Numbered from the stretch's first letter, positions 18,567-28,966 are shown. The stretch: DNA of 64,000 nt from an uncultured Gammaproteobacteria bacterium (GCA_964651815.1 CAZYWG010000007.1:5129-69128); one strand, 5' to 3'. Numbers and translations: made by a program. Notes: generated from the letters alone by a model not told the origin.

Positions 18567-20786
18567 TTAGCTTTGAGGTTTTCTTCCGTAGCGCTCTTTT
18601 GAGTGGCGTATTATAGAATCGCGGTTATCATTTTTAACATTTGGTAATGGAAGAGTCGTTGCAGGGAAAGGTGCTGATGTCATTCCGTCAATAGAAAGCT
18701 TAATTACAGTTTCAAATTTACCAAGCGAAACAAGATCATTCTCCGTATAAATCTCGGCAAATTCTTTAGTCAAATTATACGCGTCGTGTGCACCCACCAC
18801 AAATGAAATCAAACTTCCCACATTACCGTAAATCGCGTGTTGGATTTGCTCCTCCAGTTGATCCGAATATTGATTGGCTAAAGTTAAAGACAAACGGTAC
18901 TTTCTGGCTTCTGAAAGAATTTTAATAAATGATTCTGTTGCAAAATTCTGAAACTCATCAACGTATAAGAAAAAATCGCGCCTGCTTTCTTCTTTTTGGA
19001 ATGAGCGGTTCATAGCTGCCAGCTGAATTTGAGTTATAACCATTGCTCCAAGTAATGCTGAATTGTCTTCACCAAGTTTTCCTTGAGACAAGTTCAGAAT
19101 TAATATTTTCCCTTCATCCATTATTTCCTGTAAATTAATTGATGAGGTGGGGTTACTTATGATGTTTCTAATCATACGAGATGAAACAAATTGTCCTACC
19201 TTATTTTGAATTGGTGAAACAGCTTCAGATTTTAATTTATCTGGCATCCTGGCAAATTCCGCTTCCCAGAAATTCTTGAGAACCGGATCAGAAAGCCTTG
19301 CGACAATTCTTGCACGATACGCATCATCAGAAAGAATTCTAAGCGCGTCCATTAAAGTCCCACCTTCAACGTCAAGAAGCGTCAAGATAACGTTGCGCAA
19401 GATATATTCAAGCCGAGGCCCCCAACTTTCTCCATAAATTTTGTGGAAAATAGAGACGATTCCCGATGAAACCAAGTCCTTATGTTGCAGATTATGAACC
19501 TCCAGAACATTTAGCGAAAATGGTCTCTCCACGTCAAACGGCTCAAGATAAACAACGTCATTAATACGTCTTTTAGGGATGTAATCCATTATAATTTCCG
19601 ACAAATCCCCATGGGGATCAATTATTCCTATTCCGCGGTCCTTTCTGATATCATCAATCGCCATATTGGCAATAAGGGTTGATTTTCCGGCACCCGTTTT
19701 CCCAATAACATAAACGTGTTTGCGCCTATCTGGCGTTTTTATTCCAAAAATTGTGTCAGTATTTTTAAATTCCGTTTTCGCAAAAAAATTAACGTCTTTT
19801 TTCTCCTCTTCCGTTATGGAAGTGATTACTGGAAGATTTTCAGGCGGCTCCCCCAAAAGAGTTTTCCCCCATGCAATATTTTTGAGTCCTGCAAGGAGAA
19901 ATCCTGTTGGGTGCCAAATTGTTGCAAGCTCTTGGGCATTCAAAACCTGATTTTTGCGCTCAAGATAATTAATAGTACGCTCTCTTATACGCTTTATAAG
20001 TTTTTTTCGGTTCGCCTCAAAAAGAGGCTTTCTAAAAACAAACTGGTTCCCCTCTCCTAAAGAAAAGCTTCCAAAAGTTCCGGCCAAATTACTCATATAA
20101 GGCGCGGTATTTGCCTGTTCTGATCCGACAACCAAACGAATTACTGCTTTGCCTCCCTGAAATCCTGCTTTCTGCATCATCCTAAGTTTTTGAGGATTTT
20201 GTGCGTATTTAACTGTTGAACCCATAGAAGTTTCGCCAGTCATTGCATCCTTCATTGCAGCGGCATGCGGATCTTCAATCATATGCCCGGCCATTTCAAC
20301 TGCTTTTGCTTGCCAAGCAAAACTTGCCGGTTTTATAACAATTTGAACTGCCATTTTGACAGTTGAATCTTGTTTTGCGAGAAATCCCAAGAGAGAAGAC
20401 AAAGGATCAACGTCTTCAAGGTCTGCATAGGTCTTGATTGGAAGATACGGATAGGAATTCAAAACCATCTCGCCAACTGCAATATATCTTGATTTTAAAA
20501 CCTCGAGCATTGGATCCGGTGTTTTTGTGATATTTGACTTAGGAAAAGATGACCCAACAAGACTTGCAACAAGAGTTTCATTTTCTGCTCTTGTTGTTGC
20601 GTATAAATAAACTGTTTGATTGAGTAAATAAATTTCAAACGCGTGAGATTTTGGATGTATCCAAGACCTTTTCCAAAGAGGAATGTAAGGAAACGGAAGA
20701 AGGGACGAAAATATTTGAGTTGCCGCCTCAATAGGCGTTTCATCATCTTTTGGATTGCGAACTAGAAGGTGCACAAATTCGGACAT
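18567..20786 (-). CDS. TraD/VirD4/TrwB-like (DUF87-type) P-loop ATPase without TM segments
   Basis: Walker A VIGKTGAGKST, IIDPHGD, Walker-B-like YVDEFQNF. 739 aa with a soluble N-terminal domain. Confidence 0.5.
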   Translation of the reverse strand: MSEFVHLLVRNPKDDETPIEAATQIFSSLLPFPYIPLWKRSWIHPKSHAFEIYLLNQTVYLYATTRAENETLVASLVGSSFPKSNITKTPDPMLEVLKSRYIAVGEMVLNSYPYLPIKTYADLEDVDPLSSLLGFLAKQDSTVKMAVQIVIKPASFAWQAKAVEMAGHMIEDPHAAAMKDAMTGETSMGSTVKYAQNPQKLRMMQKAGFQGGKAVIRLVVGSEQANTAPYMSNLAGTFGSFSLGEGNQFVFRKPLFEANRKKLIKRIRERTINYLERKNQVLNAQELATIWHPTGFLLAGLKNIAWGKTLLGEPPENLPVITSITEEEKKDVNFFAKTEFKNTDTIFGIKTPDRRKHVYVIGKTGAGKSTLIANMAIDDIRKDRGIGIIDPHGDLSEIIMDYIPKRRINDVVYLEPFDVERPFSLNVLEVHNLQHKDLVSSGIVSIFHKIYGESWGPRLEYILRNVILTLLDVEGGTLMDALRILSDDAYRARIVARLSDPVLKNFWEAEFARMPDKLKSEAVSPIQNKVGQFVSSRMIRNIISNPTSSINLQEIMDEGKILILNLSQGKLGEDNSALLGAMVITQIQLAAMNRSFQKEESRRDFFLYVDEFQNFATESFIKILSEARKYRLSLTLANQYSDQLEEQIQHAIYGNVGSLISFVVGAHDAYNLTKEFAEIYTENDLVSLGKFETVIKLSIDGMTSAPFPATTLPLPNVKNDNRDSIIRHSKERYGRKPQS

Positions 20787-20831
20787 AGATTAATTATAGC
20801 AGGAAGATTTATAAAAATTTCTAATTTAGAT

Positions 20832-22709
20832 TTATTGTGATTTTGTAGAATTCTTCTTGGTTTGAATAGTCTTTTGAGGCTTATTTCCCGACACAAGCTC
20901 TATAAATTCATCACCTTCAAGCGTTTCTTTCACAAGCAATCTTTCTGCAACGCGGTCAAGCTTTAGGCGATTAGTCTTAAGAATTTTTTGCGCGTCAACG
21001 TATGCCTGGTCCATTATTCGGCGAATTTCGGCATCAATTTTTGATTGCATTTCATTTGATATTTGTCCGGTCTCACCAAACATTCTGTTTTTCTCAACGT
21101 CATAGTTTACAGGCCCAAGATTACTCATACCATATTCAATTACCATGGTCCTCGCAACGTCTGTTGCCTTTTCAATGTCGTCGGAAGCGCCTGTTGTCAT
21201 TTCTGAAAAGATTAATTCTTCAGCGGCCCTTCCCCCAAGCATTGTTGCAATAGTTTCGAGAAGCCTTGTTTTTGTTTCGTGAACCCTGTCTTGCGCCGGT
21301 GGAATAAGTGTGTGACCAAGCGAAAGCCCTCGCCCTACAATTGAGATTCTATGAACTGGGTCAGTGTGCTTTGAAAAGTAAGATACAAGCGCATGTCCGG
21401 ATTCATGGTATGCCGTAATTTTTTTGTCATTATCAGACTGCATTCTTTTTTTCTCAGGCCCAAGTTTTACTTTCGTTGCCGCTTCTTCAAGGTCCTCCAT
21501 ATCAATTTGTTTTTTGCCAAGACGTGCTGCAAGGATAGCCGCCTCATTCAGCATGTTTTCAAGATCTGCACCAGAGTATCCAACCGTGCGCCTTGCAACC
21601 CTCTCCCAATCCACATTTGCAACAAACGGCTTTCCCTTTGCATGTATTGAAAGGATTTCTTTTCTTCCTTCAATGTCAGGAAGCGGAAGCATAATTCTCC
21701 TATCAAATCTACCTGGGCGGACTAAAGCGGGGTCCAAAATATCAGGTCTGTTAGTGGCGGCGATCACAACCAGCTGCTCATTTGGGGTAAAACCATCCAT
21801 TTCAACCAAAATCTGGTTGAGTGTTTGTTCTCGCTCATCATGTCCTCCCATTATTCCAACTCCACGCTGTCGACCTATTGCATCTACTTCATCTATAAAA
21901 ATAATTGCAGGTTGAGACTTTTTGGCTGTGGTAAATAAATCTCTTACACGAGCCGCTCCTACTCCAACTAGCATTTCCATAAATTCGGATCCTGCAATTG
22001 AAATAAATGGAGTGTTTGCTTCACCCGCAACGGCACGCGCCAACAAAGTCTTTCCGGTGCCAGATGGCCCAACTAGTAATACACCTTTTGGAGTACGCGC
22101 GCCCATTGCGCGATATTTTTCAGGATTTTTCAAAAAATCAACCACTTCAGACATTTCCTGTTTGGCTTCATCAACTCCTGCAACATCGGCAAATGTGGTT
22201 TTTGGAAAATCTTTATTAAACGTTTTGCCACGGGAAGAACCAAAAGAAAAAATATTCTCTTGTGCACCGCGTGCTTGCCTGAAAATAAAGTAAAAGAAGA
22301 TGATAATAAGGACAACGGGCAAGAAAGATGAAACTACATTAATCCAAGTATTTAGAGTTGTTTGGTCTTTTACATTTATTTTGACCGAATTTGGATCAAT
22401 ATTTGAATTTTTTAAAACATCAAAGAGGGAAACTCCTGTCTCTTTTGTTGAAACAGCTTCTTTTCCATCTTTATATTTAATGTCAATTTTTGATTGAGAA
22501 ACAGAAATCTCGTTAACTTTTTTGGCTTTTATATCCTGCACAAGTTTTGAGATTGGGACTTCTTGACTCCCTTGAGTACTTGCAAAATCCCCAATTCCCA
22601 TAACTATAAAGATTAGGAAGAAAAATAAAAATCCGTAGAGAAGTAAATCTTTCCAGGTAAATCTGAAGCCGACCTTTATCTTTTTACCGTTTTTCTGCCT
22701 GCCGTTCAT
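20832..22709 (-). CDS. ftsH: ATP-dependent zinc metalloprotease FtsH
   Basis: N-terminal TM helices, AAA motif [23 protein letters not shown], zinc motif HESGHAL. Confidence 0.92.
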   Translation of the reverse strand: MNGRQKNGKKIKVGFRFTWKDLLLYGFLFFFLIFIVMGIGDFASTQGSQEVPISKLVQDIKAKKVNEISVSQSKIDIKYKDGKEAVSTKETGVSLFDVLKNSNIDPNSVKINVKDQTTLNTWINVVSSFLPVVLIIIFFYFIFRQARGAQENIFSFGSSRGKTFNKDFPKTTFADVAGVDEAKQEMSEVVDFLKNPEKYRAMGARTPKGVLLVGPSGTGKTLLARAVAGEANTPFISIAGSEFMEMLVGVGAARVRDLFTTAKKSQPAIIFIDEVDAIGRQRGVGIMGGHDEREQTLNQILVEMDGFTPNEQLVVIAATNRPDILDPALVRPGRFDRRIMLPLPDIEGRKEILSIHAKGKPFVANVDWERVARRTVGYSGADLENMLNEAAILAARLGKKQIDMEDLEEAATKVKLGPEKKRMQSDNDKKITAYHESGHALVSYFSKHTDPVHRISIVGRGLSLGHTLIPPAQDRVHETKTRLLETIATMLGGRAAEELIFSEMTTGASDDIEKATDVARTMVIEYGMSNLGPVNYDVEKNRMFGETGQISNEMQSKIDAEIRRIMDQAYVDAQKILKTNRLKLDRVAERLLVKETLEGDEFIELVSGNKPQKTIQTKKNSTKSQ

Positions 22710-22802
22710 GAGTGGGAAAAATTATAGCACAAAGAGACTGTCTTTGCGAGGTTTCGAAGAGGCATAAGTCACTAATCTTCGAATTGGACAATCTCTTTCC
22801 CT

Positions 22803-22840
22803 TTGATACTTCTGATACCCTTGGTACTCGTGATACTCTT
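22803..22840. repeat. 9-bp tandem motif array (tTGATACTT cTGATACCC tTGGTACTC gTGATACTC)
   Basis: Four units at 9-bp spacing, in the intergenic region upstream of ftsH. Confidence 0.6.
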
Positions 22841-23077
22841 TTATTTCACCGGATCAAATCCGCCGGCGCTCCACGGATGACAACGAATAATTCTTTTGAA
22901 TCCAAGGACTAAACCCTTTCCTGCACCGTATTTTTCGACAGCTTCATATGTATATTCAGAACACGTAGGTTTAAAACGGCAAACCGAATCCGTCAGAAAT
23001 AAGGTACGGAACAATTGTAAATGAAAAAACTCGGTTTTTTTATAAAGTCGAATCGCAGCCAAAGTTAATTTCTTCAT
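22841..23077 (-). CDS. yidD: membrane protein insertion efficiency factor YidD
   Basis: [10 protein letters not shown] ... [12 protein letters not shown] signature. Confidence 0.85.
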   Translation of the reverse strand: MKKLTLAAIRLYKKTEFFHLQLFRTLFLTDSVCRFKPTCSEYTYEAVEKYGAGKGLVLGFKRIIRCHPWSAGGFDPVK

Positions 23078-23095
23078 TGGCCCATTATAACCTAA

Positions 23096-24244
23096 CTATA
23101 GTTTAAACCCGAGTAGCTGGAGATTAGTCTTGAGACTTTCTGACTTGAATTGAACTAAGTATTCGAGGGCTCCAGAAGTATCAAGATCGTTGTTTAAAAA
23201 ATTCAAAATCTTCGAATCTACTTCATCTTTACCCTTACCGCTTAACGCTTTACCCTCTAATTCTTCCATTTTCTCTGCGGCATCTTCCATTTCTTCTTCA
23301 TGAAATTCCCACGGCTTTCGATAATGGTGAGATAAAAGTAGAAACCTGATTGCATTTGCTGAATATTTTTTGAGCAAGTCTGAAACAATAATCAAATTCC
23401 CTAAAGACTTTGACATTTTTTCCGTATGATAAAGAACACTTCCCGTATGCATCCACGTCCCAACAAATGGAGCTTTACCTGTAAAACTTTCACTTTGCGC
23501 AATTTCACTCTCATGATGAGGATAAATTAGATCCTCTCCCCCACCGTGAATATCAATCTGTTCACCCAAATAATCATAAATCATGCTCGAGCATTCAATG
23601 TGCCAACCGGGACGACCCTTACTCCAGGGCGAGTTCCAAAATGGCTCATCTGGTTTGGTTTTCTGCCATAGTATAAAGTCTAATGGATCGCGCTTAGCAG
23701 GGTCATGCGGATTCGCTCCTCGTTCTGATGAGATTTTAATCATTTCATCACGATTCAATCCGGACAATTTTCCGTAATCTTCAAATTTTTTGACCTCAAA
23801 ATAAACAGTGCCATCTTTTTCGTATGCGAATCCTTTTTCTATTAGTCTCGAAACAACTTTAATAATAGTTGGAATAGAATCCGTTGCTTTCACATACGGT
23901 TCGGGAGGAATCCAGCCGAGTGCGTTCATATTTGTAAGAAATAAATTTGTCCAATTCTCACCAAATTCGCTCCATTCGCGTCCTGCTTTTTTTGCGCGCA
24001 CCAAAAGATCATCATCAATATCCGTCACATTCTGCAAATAATTAACTTTATAGCCTAAAAACTTAAGGTAGCGAGTTAAAACATCAAAAGAAATATATGT
24101 AAACGCATGACCCATGTGGTTTGCCGCGTCTGGTGTTATTCCACAGACATAAAGCGAGACTTCTTTATCTTTAATTGAAACAAATGGTTCGACCTTTTGG
24201 GAAAGGGAATTGTAAAGCTTGAGGTCGTTTTGCACGGCTTTCAT
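23096..24244 (-). CDS. cysS: cysteine--tRNA ligase (short form)
   Basis: YVCGITPDAANHMGHAF (class I HIGH) and KMSKSLGN. Start set to the internal Met, which aligns with the CysRS N-terminus (LKLYNSL); a longer ORF would overlap acyP. Confidence 0.75.
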   Translation of the reverse strand: MKAVQNDLKLYNSLSQKVEPFVSIKDKEVSLYVCGITPDAANHMGHAFTYISFDVLTRYLKFLGYKVNYLQNVTDIDDDLLVRAKKAGREWSEFGENWTNLFLTNMNALGWIPPEPYVKATDSIPTIIKVVSRLIEKGFAYEKDGTVYFEVKKFEDYGKLSGLNRDEMIKISSERGANPHDPAKRDPLDFILWQKTKPDEPFWNSPWSKGRPGWHIECSSMIYDYLGEQIDIHGGGEDLIYPHHESEIAQSESFTGKAPFVGTWMHTGSVLYHTEKMSKSLGNLIIVSDLLKKYSANAIRFLLLSHHYRKPWEFHEEEMEDAAEKMEELEGKALSGKGKDEVDSKILNFLNNDLDTSGALEYLVQFKSESLKTNLQLLGFKL

Positions 24245-24248
24245 TCTA

Positions 24249-24527
24249 TCAAGCTGTGGGCAATTTTTCAAAGGAATCGAACTTCTCCACAATCTCTTGC
24301 CATTCAACTGATATATTTTTAACTTCTGCAAGAAATGGTCCTTTTTCGCAAATTTTGATGAATTCTTTTAACTTTTCTTCACTTCCTTGCGCAATCACTT
24401 CCACGCGATTATCCAAAAGATTTCTTGCCCATCCTGTAATTTCCATTTTTTTAGCATTCGAACGAACAAATTCCCTAAATCCAACACCTTGTACAAACCC
24501 GGAGATTAATAGATGAACTTGTTTCAT
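24249..24527 (-). CDS. acyP: acylphosphatase
   Basis: 92 aa; VQGVGFR motif near the N-terminus. Confidence 0.8.
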   Translation of the reverse strand: MKQVHLLISGFVQGVGFREFVRSNAKKMEITGWARNLLDNRVEVIAQGSEEKLKEFIKICEKGPFLAEVKNISVEWQEIVEKFDSFEKLPTA

Positions 24528-24533
24528 TGAGGA

Positions 24534-25565
24534 TTATGAAAGTCCCATTTTCTCACGCACTTCACTAACCGTTTCTTTTGCAACCTTTCGGGCTTTTTCT
24601 GCCCCCTCACGAATAACTTGATCCACAAACTCAGGATTTGCTTCAAGTTCTGCACGTCTCTTTTGAATTGGTTCAAGCTCGGCGTATATTGCTTCAGCAA
24701 GGCTATTTTTTAATTCGCCATAACGAATTCCATCACTCTCATATTGCACGTCATATTCCTTCCTTTTATCATACCCTTGAAAAAGTTCTACAAATTTCAT
24801 TAATGCACCAACGCCATCTGATAACTTACCGTTTTCGTTCTCATAAAAATATTCCTTAACTCCCTCTTTCTTGTGAACCGTACCTTTTCCACTATCTGTC
24901 ACCACGCGAGCGAGTGCTTTTTTTATATCTTCAAGACTATCTGTCAAATTTATGTATGATCCTTCAACGGATTTACTCATTTTCCCAACGCCTGCAAGAG
25001 AAGGCACGTATTCTCCCTTTGTTGCAAATCTTTTGGGTTCCGGAAAATCTGTTCCATAGTCTTTATTAAAACGGCGAGCAATTTCCCGTGTTACCTCCAA
25101 ATGCGGCTCTTGATCTATTCCCACAGGTACCAAATCTGATTTATACATTAGAATATCCGCCGCCATAAGCACCGGATAATTCAAGAGCGCCATAGTCACA
25201 TTCTCAGGATATTGTTTTACTTTGTCTTTAAACGTTGGCAAATGCTGCATCTTAGCAACAGTGACAACCGTCGAGAAATAAAACATAAGCTCTGCATGTA
25301 AATCAATTACCTTGGATTGCACAAGAATTGAACTTTTTTCCGGATCCATTCCGGCTGATAAATAATCCAAAACAACTTCGCGCGTTTTTTGTGCGAGAGT
25401 TTCTTTATCGTATGGCGTAGTCATTGCGTGAATATCGACTACTGCAAAAAACATTTCGTATTGAGGGTCCTTTTGAAGAGCGAGCATTCCTTTAACCGCA
25501 CCAAGATAGTTGCCTAAATGCAACCTTCCCGTAGCCCTGATTCCAGAAAATATTCTCTTTTTCAT
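24534..25565 (-). CDS. trpS: tryptophan--tRNA ligase
   Basis: SGIRATGRLHLGNYLGA (HIGH-like), KMSKS, 343 aa. Confidence 0.9.
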   Translation of the reverse strand: MKKRIFSGIRATGRLHLGNYLGAVKGMLALQKDPQYEMFFAVVDIHAMTTPYDKETLAQKTREVVLDYLSAGMDPEKSSILVQSKVIDLHAELMFYFSTVVTVAKMQHLPTFKDKVKQYPENVTMALLNYPVLMAADILMYKSDLVPVGIDQEPHLEVTREIARRFNKDYGTDFPEPKRFATKGEYVPSLAGVGKMSKSVEGSYINLTDSLEDIKKALARVVTDSGKGTVHKKEGVKEYFYENENGKLSDGVGALMKFVELFQGYDKRKEYDVQYESDGIRYGELKNSLAEAIYAELEPIQKRRAELEANPEFVDQVIREGAEKARKVAKETVSEVREKMGLS

Positions 25566-25580
25566 TATGTTATTGTACCA

Positions 25581-26942
25581 TTAGACGAGCGCGTTTACCT
25601 CTTTTTTAAACTCTTCACCCCGAACCTTATAATTCTCAAACATATCAAACGAGGCACATGCCGGCGATAAAACGACTACATCCCCTATTTCACCGATAAC
25701 TTTTGCAGCTTTCACTATTTGTTCCATATTTAATGCGCCTTCTACAATATGCGTTGTGGGTAGATTTCCTATTTCATTTCTAATTCTAGGCCATTCCTCT
25801 CCTATTCCAATAATTGCTTTTATATTTTTTGCTTCTCGAATTGTTTTTCCAAGCTCCGTAAAATCACTATTTTTACTTGATCCCCCGAGTATTAAAATTT
25901 CCGGATCTTCAAAAGCTTCAATTGACGCAATGGCTGTCTCAGGAGTTGTTGAAAATGAATCATCGTAATACCTCACCCCATTAAACAATCTGACAAGTTC
26001 TAAGCGGTGCTCAAGACCTTTGAAAGTTTTAACAACCGGAATTATTGCATCCATTTGTGCTCCCGCTATTGTCGCGGCTAAAATTGCCGCACAAACATTC
26101 TCGAGGTTATGACGGCCTGGGAGCAAAACATCTTTGACAGGCAATATTTTTTCTTCCCGTTCACCCATTTTAAGCCAAATAAAATCTTCTTTGACAAAAC
26201 ATCCCTGGTCAACACTTCCTTCACGGCTCACTTTATAAATCTTTGCCTCAGTATGTACGTCACTTTCGTTACTCGCCGGATAATCGCGATTTATAATTGC
26301 AAAATCACCTTTTGTCTGAAAACGTAAAATGTTTCTTTTTGCGTCAATATACTCCGAAAGATCCCGGTGGTAGTCCAAATGTTCACTTGTAACCATCAAA
26401 ACCACGGCAATTTGAGGACTTTTTGTTAAATCCTGTAGTTGGAAGCTTGACAGTTCTAAAACCACCTCAGAATCCGTTTTTAGCTTATCTAAGAAATCGA
26501 GCGGTGGTATTCCGATATTCCCCCCCAAATGTACATCCATACCCTGCTTCTTTAGCATTTCATAAATTAATGTAGACGTTGTTCCTTTTCCTTTTGTGCC
26601 AGTGACACCTATTATTGTGCATGGGCAAAGGTCAAAAAATATTTTAGTTGCAGATGTAACCGGAATATTTTGCTTTTTAACTTTTTCAAAAACTTGCGAA
26701 AGTGGACTAATCCCAGGTGAACGGATCACCAAATCAAATTCTAAAAAATCCTCAGGGTATTTATCAAATTGGAAGTGTACCCCTTTTTTACGTAGGACTT
26801 CAATTTTTCCTTTTTCAAACTTTTCTTCAGACCTAACGTCAAATATTGTAACTTTAGAACCCCGTTTTAAAAGAAAACTAGCAGAACTTTCACCTTCTAC
26901 ACCAAATCCCAGAATGGCAGCCCTTTTTCCTTTGAAATCCAT
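25581..26942 (-). CDS. murD: UDP-N-acetylmuramoylalanine--D-glutamate ligase
   Basis: GVTGTKGKGTTSTLI P-loop; Mur ligase architecture; 453 aa. Confidence 0.88.
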   Translation of the reverse strand: MDFKGKRAAILGFGVEGESSASFLLKRGSKVTIFDVRSEEKFEKGKIEVLRKKGVHFQFDKYPEDFLEFDLVIRSPGISPLSQVFEKVKKQNIPVTSATKIFFDLCPCTIIGVTGTKGKGTTSTLIYEMLKKQGMDVHLGGNIGIPPLDFLDKLKTDSEVVLELSSFQLQDLTKSPQIAVVLMVTSEHLDYHRDLSEYIDAKRNILRFQTKGDFAIINRDYPASNESDVHTEAKIYKVSREGSVDQGCFVKEDFIWLKMGEREEKILPVKDVLLPGRHNLENVCAAILAATIAGAQMDAIIPVVKTFKGLEHRLELVRLFNGVRYYDDSFSTTPETAIASIEAFEDPEILILGGSSKNSDFTELGKTIREAKNIKAIIGIGEEWPRIRNEIGNLPTTHIVEGALNMEQIVKAAKVIGEIGDVVVLSPACASFDMFENYKVRGEEFKKEVNALV

Positions 26943-26948
26943 AGCTTA

Positions 26949-27740
26949 TTATATTCCCGCATGTTCTACATGTTCAAGCCTTACTCCCAATAATTTTTCT
27001 GCGATCCTTTTTAAAATTAATGCGTCGCCTGTTGTATAGTAATAATCTTTTATTTTTCCGCTTGATAAAATGTTTTCCTTTGACAATATATACTGCACGC
27101 GTCTTGCAATTGCTCCTCCCGAATCATAGATTGCAACCCTATTTCCTACTATTCTTTTAATTTCAGGCGTTAAAAAGGGGTAATGAGTACAACCAAGTGC
27201 CACGGAATCAACATTCTTTTCAATTAAAGGTAGGAGAGAATTTTTAATTGCTTTTTTAACCTTGTCTCCGTCAATTATTCCTTTTTCAACTAAATGCTCT
27301 AGCCTACTTGTTCCTACCGTGTAAATTTTGGTTCCTCCCGCAAATCTGCGTATTAAGTCTTTTAGATACTTACTTTTTGCAGTGGCAGGTGTTGAAAAAA
27401 CTGCAGCTTTTTTTGTCTTACTTTTCTCAGCAATTGTTTTGACAACTGGTACAACTGCAATTATTGGAATTTTAAATTTAAGACGAAGAGAATCAATAGC
27501 ATTTACACTTACTGTATTGCACGCAACGATTATTAGTTTTACATCTTTCTTTTCCAGAAAAGCAACTATCCTTGAGGATAATCTTTTTATATCCGCAATT
27601 GATCTCCCACCGTAAGGATTATTTGCTTGATCTGCAAGATATATAAAATTTTCCTTGGGCAGAAGTTTTTTGACATCTCTAAGAATGCTCAAGCCCCCTA
27701 CTCCCGAATCAAATATTCCAATAGGTCGTTTGTCGTTCAT
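26949..27740 (-). CDS. murI: glutamate racemase
   Basis: IGIFDSGVGGLS motif. Start moved to MNDKRP; the longer six-frame ORF would run through the tRNA genes. Confidence 0.85.
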   Translation of the reverse strand: MNDKRPIGIFDSGVGGLSILRDVKKLLPKENFIYLADQANNPYGGRSIADIKRLSSRIVAFLEKKDVKLIIVACNTVSVNAIDSLRLKFKIPIIAVVPVVKTIAEKSKTKKAAVFSTPATAKSKYLKDLIRRFAGGTKIYTVGTSRLEHLVEKGIIDGDKVKKAIKNSLLPLIEKNVDSVALGCTHYPFLTPEIKRIVGNRVAIYDSGGAIARRVQYILSKENILSSGKIKDYYYTTGDALILKRIAEKLLGVRLEHVEHAGI

Positions 27741-27779
27741 AAGACGATATATTATAATACATTGACTAAAGTGGAACTT

Positions 27780-27851
27780 GCCAGGGTAGCTCAGTGGTAG
27801 AGCACAAGATTCATATCCTTGCGGTCGTGGGTTCAAACCCCACCCCTGGTA
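27780..27851 (+). tRNA. tRNA-Met (anticodon CAT), elongator-like
   Basis: Hand-folded cloverleaf with 7-bp acceptor, GCTC/GAGC D stem, anticodon loop ttCATat, T stem GTGGG/CCCAC. No encoded CCA. Confidence 0.75.
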
Positions 27852-27868
27852 CTTAACCACTTTTATTT

Positions 27869-27944
27869 GTACCCGTAGTTCAATGGATAGAACACCTGGT
27901 TGCGGTCCAGGCGGTTGGAGGTCCGATTCCTCTCGGGTACGCCA
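27869..27944 (+). tRNA. tRNA-Arg (anticodon GCG)
   Basis: Acceptor GTACCCG/CGGGTAC, anticodon stem CCTGG/CCAGG with loop ttGCGgt, encoded CCA. The T loop (TCCGATT) is atypical. Confidence 0.65.
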
Positions 27945-27949
27945 AGGAG

Positions 27950-28110
27950 TGGCCACTTGAAGTGGACACGACGCAGGCACTGGGAGCCCTGAAAGGGCGA
28001 GGCAGTGCAACGAGTTATTCTCGGTCGAACAGCGCAAAAGCAGAAAAGTTTAACTGTTAAATTTGTAGCCTGGAAATGAAATTTCCAGTGCATTGAAAAA
28101 TAAGTAAGAA
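27950..28110 (+). ncRNA. unassigned structured RNA candidate inside the tRNA cluster
   Basis: ORF-free, GC-enriched. Nested hairpins: GCACTG-GGAGCCC-TGAAA-GGGC-GAGGCAGTGC with a GNRA tetraloop, CGAG-ttatt-CTCG, and a perfect CTGGAAAT-gaa-ATTTCCAG. The strand is only assumed to match the flanking tRNAs. Confidence 0.2.
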
Positions 28111-28130
28111 GATTTTCTTTGTTTTTCAAT

Positions 28131-28215
28131 GGAGGATTCGCATAGTGGCCAATTGCACGAGTTTCGAAAACTCGAGGGAGCAATCCCTACACAGGTTCAA
28201 ATCCTGTATCCTCCG
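28131..28215 (+). tRNA. tRNA-Ser (anticodon CGA), type II
   Basis: Acceptor GGAGGAT/ATCCTCC, anticodon stem CGAGT/ACTCG with loop ttCGAaa, long variable arm, T arm ACAGG-TTCAAAT-CCTGT. Confidence 0.8.
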
Positions 28216-28217
28216 CT

Positions 28218-28289
28218 GCTCCCGTAGTTCAATGGATAGAATGAGGGATTCCGGATCCTTTGATGCGGGTTCGATTCCCACCGGGAGCG
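28218..28289 (+). tRNA. tRNA-Arg (anticodon CCG)
   Basis: Acceptor GCTCCCG/CGGGAGC, anticodon loop ttCCGga, T loop TTCGATT. Confidence 0.75.
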
Positions 28290-28292
28290 CAA

Positions 28293-28313
28293 GGTTTGTC
28301 TGAAAGACAAACC
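28293..28313 (+). terminator. 8-bp hairpin after the tRNA cluster (GGTTTGTC-tgaaa-GACAAACC)
   Basis: Perfect stem immediately 3' of tRNA-Arg(CCG); the downstream U-run is weak. Confidence 0.35.
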
Positions 28314-28372
28314 GCAGTACTGAAAAGTTTGTTTTACAAATCTTTTTAGTACAAAAAGTAAGAATATATTAT

Positions 28373-28807
28373 ATGAAATTAGAATTTTCAGCAGGAGGGA
28401 TTGTTTACAAAAAAGAGGGATCGAACCTCTATATTTTGGTATCCCAACATTCGCAGCACTTAGGCTGGGTTTTCCCAAAAGGATTAATTGGAGACAACAT
28501 AAAAGGTGAAAAAAAGGAAGAAACGGCCGTCCGTGAAGTTGAGGAAGAAACAGGCGCAAAAGCAGAAATCTTAAAACAAATAACACCAGTCACATATTGG
28601 TATGTTATGGATGGGGAAAAACGCAAAAAAACAGTCTATTATTTCATAATGAAATATGTAGGGGGCGATATCACCAAACACGATCATGAAATGTCGGCTG
28701 TTGAGTGGCTTCCGGAAGATAAAGTTTTGGATCGTCTGAGCTATAAAAGTGACAAAGACTCGTTTATTGAAGCTCTCCCCCAAATTAAAACACTCGCAAA
28801 TTCTTAA
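28373..28807 (+). CDS. NUDIX hydrolase
   Basis: Nudix box GEKKEETAVREVEEETG (Gx5Ex7REUxEExGU). Confidence 0.85.
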   Translation: MKLEFSAGGIVYKKEGSNLYILVSQHSQHLGWVFPKGLIGDNIKGEKKEETAVREVEEETGAKAEILKQITPVTYWYVMDGEKRKKTVYYFIMKYVGGDITKHDHEMSAVEWLPEDKVLDRLSYKSDKDSFIEALPQIKTLANS

Positions 28808-28879
28808 TTCTTAATTTATAATTCACATATCTCCGAAGCGATTTGGGGCTCCCAAAAAACAAGTTTTTGGGGAAAGCAT

Positions 28880-28964
28880 GGAGGGGTCGCATAGTGGTCT
28901 AGTGCGCACGCTTGGAAAGCGTGTATATCGAAAGGTATCGGGGGTTCGAATCCCCCCCTCTCCG
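28880..28964 (+). tRNA. tRNA-Ser (anticodon GGA), type II
   Basis: Acceptor GGAGGGG/CCTCTCC, anticodon stem CACGC/GCGTG with loop ttGGAaa, long variable arm, T arm GGGGG-TTCGAAT-CCCCC. Confidence 0.8.
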
Positions 28965-28966
28965 CA

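Noticed and set aside
27741-28037. Long N-terminal extension of the murI ORF (six-frame 26949-28037)
   Set aside because: The extension runs through two tRNA genes and lacks racemase homology. The conserved MurI N-terminus starts at MNDKRPIGIFDSGVGG (ATG at 27740).
27945-28130. 6S RNA (ssrS) as the identity of the tRNA-cluster spacer
   Set aside because: The length is about right, but the 5' and 3' ends are not complementary, so the defining closing stem and central bubble of 6S cannot form.
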